Positions 39,944-48,854 of a stretch of 64,000 bases of DNA are shown here, piece by piece. Positions within the stretch are counted from its first letter, which is position 1. Each line of letters starts with the position of its first letter. The notes beneath the pieces were generated by a model that did not search any database, was not told the origin of the DNA, and saw only the letters and a program-made list of their open reading frames with translations. The position numbers and the translations under genes are program-made. The stretch comes from Promethearchaeota archaeon (lineage in GTDB: Archaea > Asgardarchaeota > Thorarchaeia > Thorarchaeales > Thorarchaeaceae). Location: NCBI GenBank assembly GCA_048939765.1, contig JBHLPF010000001.1:61729-125728 (forward strand), written 5' to 3'.

Positions 39944-40222
39944 ATGGATGTCGATCGAATACGGCACGTCCTAAACTCTCTGATGATACTCAGTTTTCTA
40001 ATCTTCGGAGGTTTAGCAGCAATAATCCTAATCGCAGACGTAGAGCTAACAAGCCCAGCAGTCGCCCTCCCCTTCGCATTCTTGTTTATCTCCCTCACGA
40101 CACTTATCACAACTGGACAGATAAACGACAGACCCCGATTGGTTAAGAAGTATCTCCGAGACTGGCTGATCATCTGTGCGTTTGCCATTCTTGTCAGTGC
40201 CCTAGTCATTACATTTGCATAA
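39944..40222 (+). CDS. Small 3-TM membrane protein
   Basis: Three hydrophobic segments; GGAGA SD-like sequence before MDVDRIRH. Confidence 0.7.
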   Translation: MDVDRIRHVLNSLMILSFLIFGGLAAIILIADVELTSPAVALPFAFLFISLTTLITTGQINDRPRLVKKYLRDWLIICAFAILVSALVITFA

Positions 40223-40298
40223 TGTGCATCACAAGAGTTTTAGGACATCAATATAGCACGACTGACTGTACCAATCTCATCCGTCGAAGTGAAGACCA

Positions 40299-40931
40299 AT
40301 GAGCAAAATCCTACCTGGAACAAAGACGACTCGCATGGAGCTTCTGCGACTGAAGAACAGGATGAGACTCGCAGAACGAGGTCATAATCTTCTCAAAGAG
40401 AAACGCGACTCACTAATCATGGAGTTCTTCAACTCAATTGAAGAGATCAAGAAGACTCGGGAGGAAGTGGAAGTGGCCCTCGCTTCAGCATTCTCCGCAC
40501 TAACAAAGACAAAGATGGTCATGGGTCCAGCTGAGGTCGTTGAATTCGCCAATGCAAGCAAGGTCCAAGCTAATCTGAGGATCTCTACAAGATCTATGAT
40601 GGGTGTAGTAGTTCCAGTACTGTCAGTGGAACAAGTCATTCCCGAGCTTCCATATTCACTGCCAGATTCCAGCGTCCAGCTCGATGTCATGTCAGCCAAG
40701 TTTAACGGGGCCATGAAAGCTGTGGTGCGCCTTGCTGAGATTGACTCAACTGTCAAACGACTGGCAATCGAAATTGAGCGAACCAAGAGACGTGTTTCTG
40801 CTCTTGAAACCATTGTGATTCCTAGACTGGATGCAACAGCGCGGTATGTTAAACAAGCTCTTGAAGAGAGAGAACGTGAAGACTTCTTCAGGCTCAAGTT
40901 CCTCAAAGAACAGATGGAGTCTGAAAGCTAG
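40299..40931 (+). CDS. atpD: A/V-type ATP synthase subunit D
   Basis: TRMELLRLK..RGHNLLKEKRD, TKRRVSALE, EREREDFFRLK. Confidence 0.95.
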   Translation: MSKILPGTKTTRMELLRLKNRMRLAERGHNLLKEKRDSLIMEFFNSIEEIKKTREEVEVALASAFSALTKTKMVMGPAEVVEFANASKVQANLRISTRSMMGVVVPVLSVEQVIPELPYSLPDSSVQLDVMSAKFNGAMKAVVRLAEIDSTVKRLAIEIERTKRRVSALETIVIPRLDATARYVKQALEEREREDFFRLKFLKEQMESES

Positions 40932-40954
40932 GGTATGTATTAGCTGTATTACAT

Positions 40955-41356
40955 CTATGTATGTCGCAATTTCAGAATTGCTGCTGCAAGATCTCCCTGA
41001 GTTTCCCGCAGAGCTTCCTTTGCTACCTCGATATCAACTCCAGTCTGTGCTGCAACAAGTGCGGCATCTTCCATTGGAATCTCAATCTCCTTCACTGGTT
41101 CTTGAACGGCTTCCTCGCCACCTTCTGCAGCTGTAGTCAAACCGCGTTCCAGCTTTGTGCCTGATACTTGGAACGATTCACTACCAGCTTGTTTCACCAG
41201 TACCACTTGAGGATCATTAACCACCCATTCTTTGTCTGCAAAACGGAATATCACTTCCTTGACACCAGGCACATCCTGTTGTTCGATACCCATCTGTTTC
41301 ATCATTCGAGCAATTGCTCTAGGTGACATCCCACGTTGACCACGTCTGCGTGACAT
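40955..41356 (-). CDS. nac: Nascent polypeptide-associated complex protein
   Basis: PRAIARMMKQMGI, V.EVIFR, C-terminal UBA GDLAAAIL. Confidence 0.93.
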   Translation of the reverse strand: MSRRRGQRGMSPRAIARMMKQMGIEQQDVPGVKEVIFRFADKEWVVNDPQVVLVKQAGSESFQVSGTKLERGLTTAAEGGEEAVQEPVKEIEIPMEDAALVAAQTGVDIEVAKEALRETQGDLAAAILKLRHT

Positions 41357-41413
41357 TGTTCAATCCTCAAGTCTAGATATTCAATCTTACACCCGAAGGA
41401 GGAGATAAAATGC

Positions 41414-42256
41414 TTACGCTTGAACAGTATTTTCCTGTCCTACTACGATATCAAAAACGTGGTGGATGATGTTCGGCGCGTACATCTTTACTTGGCGAAT
41501 TGAAACTTGAGATGTAAATCCCTGACCTGAGCAAATCTCTTTTACAACCTCAGTAGTTCTGGGCAGGCTGTTTTTGGGAAGTGCAATATGCATGTGCACC
41601 GTCCCTCCCTCTGGCACTAAAGATTCCAGTGCATGAATCAAGTACTCCTGAGTGTCATGAAGATATCCCATTATCACACGATTCATACAGTTGGTCGGAT
41701 GCACATCGCGACAATCACCTAGAATCGCATTTACTTTGTCAGTGAAACCGTTCAGACTGATATTCTCAATAAGCAGTTCATATGCTTCGGGATTAATCTC
41801 AATCGAAGTTACTTTAGCCCTTCCAGTCTTCGCTGCATGCAGTGAGAATTGCCCAACACAAGCAAACATGTCTAGGATTTCCTCCCCTGATCCAATAACT
41901 CGGCCCATTCTGATTCTCTCAGCAAGGTTCCCTCCAGAGAATGTAAATCGTAGTGGGTCAACCCTGAAACTCACTCCTCCCTCGACATGTGTTGTAAGAG
42001 TGTTGGAGTCCCCCGCAATCAAGGTATAGTCCGGCTTGCGAACACGTCCTTTGGTAGGGCCAGTCTTGACTGCAACCGATCTAATCCTAGTATCATACTC
42101 TAGAGTCGCTTCTCCAATCTGGTTTGCAAAAGAAACAGAATCCTGGTCTAAGTTCAGAATAGCCACATGTCCGATTAGATGGAACCCTGATGGGAGTCTA
42201 GCTTCTTGAGGAATAACTCCTTGAAGTCGTGTTCTGAGAAATTCTGGATATTGCAT
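41414..42256 (-). CDS. taw2: Taw2/TYW2 tRNA-wybutosine aminocarboxypropyltransferase (Trm5/Met10+ family)
   Basis: FSGGNLAERIR, DMFACVGQFS, EINP, RVIMGY (Taw2-type rather than Trm5 MNLP), VKMYAP. Confidence 0.75.
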   Translation of the reverse strand: MQYPEFLRTRLQGVIPQEARLPSGFHLIGHVAILNLDQDSVSFANQIGEATLEYDTRIRSVAVKTGPTKGRVRKPDYTLIAGDSNTLTTHVEGGVSFRVDPLRFTFSGGNLAERIRMGRVIGSGEEILDMFACVGQFSLHAAKTGRAKVTSIEINPEAYELLIENISLNGFTDKVNAILGDCRDVHPTNCMNRVIMGYLHDTQEYLIHALESLVPEGGTVHMHIALPKNSLPRTTEVVKEICSGQGFTSQVSIRQVKMYAPNIIHHVFDIVVGQENTVQA

Positions 42257-42375
42257 TGGCTTTCTCTATCATGCCCAACCCCATAAAACATTGATGCTAG
42301 GATAACCTATCCTATGACTTACATCCCTTACTTCATATTTCTCGTATTACAACATCCTTGGGGTTAGACCATATA

Positions 42376-43575
42376 TCAGCAATACATGCTGCCAGGGGCC
42401 CCATCGCCTCTGCCGCGGGTTTGAATCTTGGCTATTGCTTTGCTAAAGTCATCTTGCCGCACACAGACTCTGCTCTCACGGATAGCAAACATGCCTGCTT
42501 CAGTGCATATCGCCTTGATATCGGCACCAGTCTTGCCAGCTGTGGCGGAAACTAGCTTGGTAAAGTCAAGCTTTGAATCCAAATTCATGCCACGAGTATG
42601 AATCTTGAATATTTCCGTCCGACTGTCATCATCGGGGAATGGAAACTCGATTATTCGGTCAAAGCGACCCGGTCTTAACAATGCAGGATCCAGGATATCC
42701 GGCCGATTAGTTGCACCAAGAACTGCGACCTGTCCTCGATTCTCAAAACCATCAAGTTCACTGAGGAGTTGCATCAGAGTCCGTTGTACTTCTCTGTCAC
42801 CCGAGGTAGCTATGTCGAGTCTATGCGAACCCACAGCATCGAGCTCATCAACAAACACGATTGCCGGCGCTTTCTCCTTGGCAAGCATGAATATCTCTCG
42901 TACAAGACGGGCTCCCTCACCAATGAACTTCTGTACCAGCTCCGATCCAATCACACGAATGAAGGTTGCATTGGTTTCATGTGCGACAGCACGTGCACAG
43001 AGTGTCTTTCCTGTCCCTGGCGATCCTGTGAGGAGAACTCCTCTTGGTGGTTCAATTCCCACCTGTTCGAACAGATGGGGTTTCACGAGAGGTAGTTCTA
43101 CAGTCTCCTTGATTTCAAGGAGCTGGTCTCTGAGGCCTCCGATGTCAGTATATGATACCTCAGGAGCCTCTTCAATCTCCATCGCTCTGATCATTGGGTC
43201 TCTTGATGGAGGCAGCTCCTGTGTGACTGCAAAAGATCGTTGATTGAGGGCCACTCTCATACCAGGCTGTATCTTCTCCTTGACTATTGATGAAGAAACA
43301 TGCACTACGAAGTTTGGACCTGTAGAGCTCTTCACAACAGCTCTGCCATCTTCTAACATCTCAATCACTGTCGCAGTGATCAGAGGCGACTGTCGAAGCT
43401 TTTCAAGCTCAGTTCGAAGAGTTTGAGTTTCTTTCTCCAACCTGGAACGTTCAGCCTGTAGTATCTGTTTCTCCGTTTCAAGAGCACGAAGACGACGTTC
43501 AAGATGTCGAGTGTAATTCTCTGTTAAGGATGAATCGTCGATGCTGTCATTTTTGGCATCAGTGGTTCCTGGCAA
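42376..43575 (-). CDS. pan: Proteasome-activating nucleotidase
   Basis: Coiled coil plus OB fold, [33 protein letters not shown]-terminal HbYX (MYC). Confidence 0.97.
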   Translation of the reverse strand: MPGTTDAKNDSIDDSSLTENYTRHLERRLRALETEKQILQAERSRLEKETQTLRTELEKLRQSPLITATVIEMLEDGRAVVKSSTGPNFVVHVSSSIVKEKIQPGMRVALNQRSFAVTQELPPSRDPMIRAMEIEEAPEVSYTDIGGLRDQLLEIKETVELPLVKPHLFEQVGIEPPRGVLLTGSPGTGKTLCARAVAHETNATFIRVIGSELVQKFIGEGARLVREIFMLAKEKAPAIVFVDELDAVGSHRLDIATSGDREVQRTLMQLLSELDGFENRGQVAVLGATNRPDILDPALLRPGRFDRIIEFPFPDDDSRTEIFKIHTRGMNLDSKLDFTKLVSATAGKTGADIKAICTEAGMFAIRESRVCVRQDDFSKAIAKIQTRGRGDGAPGSMYC

Positions 43576-43717
43576 TCAGAGCACCTCGCAGCTCAATTCT
43601 CTGAAGATGTTAAAAGGTTTATTTTGAGGGTCTATATGCGCCAACTTGCACCCATATCCAGTCAGTTACTTTTATCTACGTATTCTATTCTGAAGGACTT
43701 GAAGAGGGATAATCAAC

Positions 43718-44287
43718 GTGCCCAGCTGCGAACTTTGTGGCCGAAACATGAAGGGTCGTGGACGGAATGTCGAGATCGAGGGCGCTCAAATGAACGTCTG
43801 CCCACAGTGTGCTAGTAGATTCGGTGGTTCTGAGTCTGTTTCTGGTCAACGGGGCTCATCCGCGCCAAAGGTGCGACCGTCCTGGGTTGGCGAGTCAAGG
43901 AAACCAGCATCAGCTCCTCCGCTCAGGTCACCATCACCTGCTAAGAAAAGACCCAGACCAAAGTCGACTGGGACTCTCCTTGATGACATGATGCTGGTAG
44001 AGGACTTTGCAAGAAGAATCCAGACTGCGAGGCAGAAAAAGAAACTGAACCAAGAGGAGCTTGCACAGAAGGTAGGAGAGCGCATTTCAACACTGCAAGC
44101 CATAGAGGCAGGTCGACTCAAACCCACCCGCAAGACTATCCGAGGCCTTGAAAGGGAGCTGGAAATCTCATTGCTTGAACCAATCGATGCTGTTCCCATC
44201 AAAACATCTCGAGGAATCTCTGGCACTGGTCCTACACTGGGAGACAGAGTAGTTGTCAAGCGAAAGAAGTCCCAGAAGTCTGAATGA
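43718..44287 (+). CDS. mbf1: Archaeal multiprotein bridging factor 1
   Basis: CELCG..IEGA..VCPQC Zn ribbon plus HTH, TLGD; divergent from pan. Confidence 0.92.
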   Translation: MPSCELCGRNMKGRGRNVEIEGAQMNVCPQCASRFGGSESVSGQRGSSAPKVRPSWVGESRKPASAPPLRSPSPAKKRPRPKSTGTLLDDMMLVEDFARRIQTARQKKKLNQEELAQKVGERISTLQAIEAGRLKPTRKTIRGLERELEISLLEPIDAVPIKTSRGISGTGPTLGDRVVVKRKKSQKSE

Positions 44288-44432
44288 GAGGGACCCAAAC
44301 GAAGTGAATATATAGTGTCTTATACAATTATAGTATAGTAAGTGCAAGTTCTAGTTTCCAAACGCAGGGCTTTTGGTTACATTAAGACACAGTCGACTAG
44401 CCAGCTACCATTCGCTAGGGTGATCACTTCAA

Positions 44433-44960
44433 ATGGCACATGCGAACATAAATCATGACCTTTTCCGCCTTGTAGTTGAAGAGATTTCAGGCAAGGAAGG
44501 TGTGGACGTTGCATCAGTACTTGTCAATGCGGAAGAAACCACAGATGAGGAAATTGCTACCAAGACCGATTTGAAATTGAACATTGTACGCCGAATTCTT
44601 TACAAACTCCACGATAATCACCTTGCATCATATCGCCGAATTCGGGATACTAATACTGGCTGGTTTCTCTACTATTGGAAGATTGACCCGAAGAAAGCTC
44701 AGGCTCTGGTCAATCGGAAGAAACGTATGGTGTTGAACCTACTCGAACAGCGATTGGAACATGAAACAAACAATGACCTCTATGCCTGTGTGAACCGTGA
44801 TTCATCCCCAGTTCCTTTTGAAGAGGCGATGAATCTGTCATTTCGCTGCCCGTCATGCAACGAACAGCTAGAGTATGTTGACAACAAGAGGGCCATCAAC
44901 TTTCTCAGGAAACGCGTGGAGGAACTAAGAGCGGACCTGGAAGCCACATCCACAACATAG
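44433..44960 (+). CDS. tfe: Transcription factor E alpha
   Basis: TDEEIA..LNIVRRILYKL, TGWFLYYW, F.CP.C. Confidence 0.95.
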   Translation: MAHANINHDLFRLVVEEISGKEGVDVASVLVNAEETTDEEIATKTDLKLNIVRRILYKLHDNHLASYRRIRDTNTGWFLYYWKIDPKKAQALVNRKKRMVLNLLEQRLEHETNNDLYACVNRDSSPVPFEEAMNLSFRCPSCNEQLEYVDNKRAINFLRKRVEELRADLEATSTT

Positions 44961-45026
44961 GAACCCTAGTCAGCTTCAGAAACCTACTTAGCAAGCGAGG
45001 ATTAGCCAGCATCCGGAGATGGACTG

Positions 45027-45800
45027 GTGAAGCGTTTAGTTCTCAAGGCCCGTGCCTATGGCCCATTTAGGGGAAGAATCCTCCATGCAGCAGAGTCGGA
45101 AATCTCTGAGATGACAAGAGAGCTTGATGTGAGTCTGTCAAGGCTAAAGACCGACAATAGAAACCGCATCATCATCGAGATCGATGGGGAAGACGAGGAA
45201 TTCGTCAGCAATGTACTCTCCAAAGAATATGGCACAGTAACTACCACTGATGCTATTTCAGTTGGTTCTGTATATCCCGGACATTTTGTAGATGTCGGAA
45301 AGGTCGGATATGGTTTGTACGTGGATATTGGCATAACCATGCCACTTCAAGTTGATGCCCTTATCCCCCTTTTCACTCTTCGAGAACAGCTCTCAATGGA
45401 GAAAGTTTCACTGCGCACAATTTCTAAGACGGTTGTCTTTGTGGATAATCTACCAGTCAAGGTCAGCATAACAGGCGTTGACAAACGAGGTCCCAAAATC
45501 GAGGCTGAGCTTGCTGAGTCTTCTCTCAATCAGCTCAACAGGTGGGTGAATGATGATCATGAACGCTTGCTTGTTCTAGGCTGTACTAGGAAAATGCTGG
45601 ACGATGCACTGAAGAAATCCAATCACTTAGAAGACATCTATCGAGTGGAAGAACTCGGTAGTTTCGAGTATTCACTTAGATGTAAAAGAAGCACACGGGC
45701 ATCTGGGATCTTGGCAGCCATCGGTCCAAAACTGAGGGGAGTACCAATGCGCCTTTTTATTCCAGATGAAGTGGGAGAGAAGTATCATGCCAAGACTTGA
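45027..45800 (+). CDS. DUF2110-family protein
   Basis: GEDEE, DVGKVGYGLYVDIG, DNLPV; conserved position after tfe. Confidence 0.8.
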   Translation: MKRLVLKARAYGPFRGRILHAAESEISEMTRELDVSLSRLKTDNRNRIIIEIDGEDEEFVSNVLSKEYGTVTTTDAISVGSVYPGHFVDVGKVGYGLYVDIGITMPLQVDALIPLFTLREQLSMEKVSLRTISKTVVFVDNLPVKVSITGVDKRGPKIEAELAESSLNQLNRWVNDDHERLLVLGCTRKMLDDALKKSNHLEDIYRVEELGSFEYSLRCKRSTRASGILAAIGPKLRGVPMRLFIPDEVGEKYHAKT

Positions 45801-46464
45801 TATTTGGCTCGTGGAACAAGGCTACTTCTCCTCGCGACAGGCTGCAAAACGTGCCATACGGGCGGGACACGTCAAAGTGAATGGAGCTCTGTCAAAGCCG
45901 TCAAAAAACATCACAGAAACGGACTCAGTCGTTGTATCAACTGTAATACAGGATAACCCAATTGGATACGCAAAACTCCAAGAGATTGACGATTACATAG
46001 AAGGAAATCTACTGCGAGATATCGGTCTGGCTCTCGATATTGGTAGCTCCGCAGGGGGCTTTTTGACCCTATTAGGTCAGAGGAATATTCGTGTTATTGG
46101 TGTCGAGGTTTCGCATGAATTTACAGAAACCCTGGAAGAACTTGTAGAAGCCTATCCAACCATTTCAATTCTGATTGATGATGCTTTCACAATGGACCCA
46201 TCAGTTGTATGCGGCGAGAGCACACTGGATCTGCTCCTTGTGGATGTTACCACTGATCCTGAGGGCACGCTCAACTTGATTCAGAGGTTCTCGAATCTCA
46301 TGAGGAAAGGCAGTCGACTGGTGGCGGCCTTCAAATCAAGAAGTACTCCTGAAACAATAGAAGAGATATGCAGACAAGTTTCCGAACTAGGTTTTGTCGA
46401 TATTCAGGACCTCACACTTGACAAGACCCGTCAGGAGATTCATCTGATAGCCATTCGACATTGA
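45787..46464 (+). CDS. TlyA-like S4-domain RNA methyltransferase
   Basis: RLDIWLVEQGYFSSRQAAKRAI S4 domain; LDIGSSAGGF. Confidence 0.85.
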   Translation: MPRLDIWLVEQGYFSSRQAAKRAIRAGHVKVNGALSKPSKNITETDSVVVSTVIQDNPIGYAKLQEIDDYIEGNLLRDIGLALDIGSSAGGFLTLLGQRNIRVIGVEVSHEFTETLEELVEAYPTISILIDDAFTMDPSVVCGESTLDLLLVDVTTDPEGTLNLIQRFSNLMRKGSRLVAAFKSRSTPETIEEICRQVSELGFVDIQDLTLDKTRQEIHLIAIRH

Positions 46465-46504
46465 GCAATTCTTTTATTTCGATTGAAACCCTCGAGAATG
46501 CTAT

Positions 46505-46614
46505 GGGCCGGTAGTCTAGCCCGGCTATGATGTCTCGCTTACACCGAGAAACTGGTTGAGCTTTATGCTCTCCAGATTCGAAGGTCGCTGGTTCAAATCC
46601 GGCCCGGCCCACCA
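46505..46614 (+). tRNA. tRNA-Val(TAC) with 32-nt intron at 44/45 (46551-46582), encoded CCA
   Basis: TCTCG-CT-TAC-AC-CGAGA; BHB central helix CGAG/TTCG, bulges AA|A and AA|G. Confidence 0.92.
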
Positions 46615-46728
46615 TAATTCTAGAACAATAAGTCACCAAAGGGTTGAAGAGCTGCTATTGCTACTGGAGAATCGTGCGGTGAGTTCCTACGAGCTACCAA
46701 AGGGGTCAAAACAGCCTGACTGGCTTAA

Positions 46729-46816
46729 GCGGGAGTAGCCAAGCCCGGTCAAAGGCGGAGGACTTAAGATCCTCTCTCGTAGGAGTCCAGGGGTTCAAGT
46801 CCCCTCTCCCGCACCA
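46729..46816 (+). tRNA. tRNA-Leu(TAA), encoded CCA
   Basis: GCGGGAG acceptor, GAGGA-CT-TAA-GA-TCCTC, long variable arm. Confidence 0.95.
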
Positions 46817-46871
46817 ATTCTTTCTTTCCAATGTTTATTGGGATACCCTTATCGGGTAGATAAATCGCGCA

Positions 46872-48200
46872 ATGATCGAGATGACAGCAATGTTTGAGGA
46901 TCTCATTTTTCCCAAGGGATTCCAATGGGGCAGTGCCGCATCAGCTCATCAGACTGAAGGCGGAAACCACAACAGCTGGAGCGAATGGGAAAAGATTCCA
47001 GGAAAAATCAAGGACGGATCAAACGCAGACATAGCATGTGATCACTATAATCGCTTTGAAACCGATTTCGACTTGGCAAAGGAATTAGGTCACCAAGTCC
47101 ATCGATTCTCGATTGAGTGGAGTAGAATCGAACCAAAACGAGGCAAATGGAACAAGAAAGAGATGGAGCACTACCGTTCGGTAATCAAGGCGCTCACCGA
47201 CCGTGGTATTCAACCCATGATGACCCTCCATCACTTTGCCAATCCACTTTGGTTCCGGGATATTGATGCATGGCTTAATCCTGATAGTCCTGAGATGTTC
47301 GGACAATATGCACGAAAGATTGCTGAAGCTTTCTCTGACCTTGATATCATCTGGAACACAATCAACGAGCCAATGGTCGTGGTTGCGTTAGGTCATTTAT
47401 ACGGTGAGTTTCCACCCGGTATCAGTGATTTTGGCAAGGCCCAAGATGCTGCAAAACATCTTCTGATGGCACATGGGCAAGCAGCAACCCAGATTAGAGA
47501 GGTCTATGATTCTGCAGGTGGGAAGCAACCGCAGATAGCTCCAGTGATAAGCACGACCTATTTCATGCCAGCAGATCCTACTAATGATGATGATGTAGAG
47601 ATGGCCACCTATCTGGATAATCTCTACAATCAAGTATGGATTCGGGGAGTCGTGAATGCACAAATCGAGGAACTCGATGGCAGCACAACTAACTACAAGC
47701 CACTAGAGAACTCTGTGGATTTCATAGGCGTAAATTACTACAGTCGGATGGTGGTATCATCAGAAGTCGATATCCTTGCTGGTGAAGAGCCTCCGAAAGA
47801 TCCCACTCTAGAACGATGTGAGGGGTTAGACTGGGAGGTATATCCTGAAGGCTACTATCATATACTCAAGTCATATTGGGAGAGGTACAACAAGCCAATC
47901 TTTCTAACGGAGAACGGCATTGGAACGCTGGATGACTCTCTCCGTCGAAGATACCTGATATACCATCTTCAGCAAGCCCACCGCGCCATCCAAGACGGAA
48001 TCGGCATCCGTGGATACCTTGTCTGGAGTCTGACAGATAACTTCGAATGGGCACATGGCTATGAGAGTCATTTCGGTCTTATCGAAGTAGCCTATGAAAC
48101 TCAAGAACGTAAACCGCGAGAGAGCGCATACATGTTCCGAGATATCATAGAGAACAATGGTCTGACAAAGGAGCTTCAGGAGAAATATCTAAGCCAATAG
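46872..48200 (+). CDS. Glycoside hydrolase family 1 (beta-glucosidase/galactosidase)
   Basis: FPKGFQWG..AHQTEG, RFSIEWSRI, TINEP, GVNYY, TENG, DNFEW. Confidence 0.96.
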   Translation: MIEMTAMFEDLIFPKGFQWGSAASAHQTEGGNHNSWSEWEKIPGKIKDGSNADIACDHYNRFETDFDLAKELGHQVHRFSIEWSRIEPKRGKWNKKEMEHYRSVIKALTDRGIQPMMTLHHFANPLWFRDIDAWLNPDSPEMFGQYARKIAEAFSDLDIIWNTINEPMVVVALGHLYGEFPPGISDFGKAQDAAKHLLMAHGQAATQIREVYDSAGGKQPQIAPVISTTYFMPADPTNDDDVEMATYLDNLYNQVWIRGVVNAQIEELDGSTTNYKPLENSVDFIGVNYYSRMVVSSEVDILAGEEPPKDPTLERCEGLDWEVYPEGYYHILKSYWERYNKPIFLTENGIGTLDDSLRRRYLIYHLQQAHRAIQDGIGIRGYLVWSLTDNFEWAHGYESHFGLIEVAYETQERKPRESAYMFRDIIENNGLTKELQEKYLSQ

Positions 48201-48220
48201 CGAATATTCGGGGTTTCACG

Positions 48221-48781
48221 ATGCCATTTCAAACACTGCTGTCTGCATTTGTTCTTGTTCTTATCACCGAGATTGGTGACAAGACCATGCTGACAACAAT
48301 GTGCCTCAGTGCACAGTATAGGAGTCCCGCCGTAGTTCTCATCGCAACAATGTCTGCTCTGTCGATTGCATCGGCAGTCGCCGTTGTTGCCGGTGTCGTC
48401 CTGTCAGTTGCCATGCCAATCGAGTTCATTCTCTATGTTTCAGGTGCCCTATTCATAGTAATAGGTATTCACACACTTGTTAAGAACAATCCAGAGCCTG
48501 AGGACTGCAAACAACCCACAAACTTGGTGAGCATGATATCTCTGGTCCTATTCTCGGAACTCGGTGATAAAAGCCAGATTGCGATTCTAGCTCTCGCAGT
48601 TGAATCCAACTTTCCTCTATTGGTCTTCATTGGTGCTATGGCTGGCTTTCTAATTGTCAATCTTATTGGAGCATACGCTGGAGACCGTGTTGCCGAAAAA
48701 GTTCCTTTGAGCACAATCAGAAAAGCAACCGGTCTAATCTTCATCTTATTTGGAATTCTGGTTCTGACTGGCATTATTTGA
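48221..48781 (+). CDS. TMEM165/GDT1 (UPF0016) Mn2+/Ca2+ transporter
   Basis: Two E-x-GDK-T/S motifs (EIGDKT, ELGDKS). Confidence 0.92.
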   Translation: MPFQTLLSAFVLVLITEIGDKTMLTTMCLSAQYRSPAVVLIATMSALSIASAVAVVAGVVLSVAMPIEFILYVSGALFIVIGIHTLVKNNPEPEDCKQPTNLVSMISLVLFSELGDKSQIAILALAVESNFPLLVFIGAMAGFLIVNLIGAYAGDRVAEKVPLSTIRKATGLIFILFGILVLTGII

Positions 48782-48854
48782 TTTCCTTGTTGTGGGCGAA
48801 GACTTTATGACTCAGCCGGCAGCGTTGAACTCTGGACCTCAAGGTGGGATATGA

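Larger units (their letters stand above)
32491..42351. repeat. Dispersed array of palindrome TGTAWTACA, about one site per 1.0-1.5 kb
   Basis: Exact copies at 32491, 33553, 34617, 35620, 36960, 38449, 39797, 40945; CGTATTACA at 34628 and 42343; outliers at 29097, 31117, 45942, 55631. Confidence 0.75.

Noticed and set aside
42605-43243. Long antisense ORFs opposite pan, rfcL, atpD and other conserved genes
   Set aside because: Typical reverse-strand shadows of conserved genes with no independent motifs
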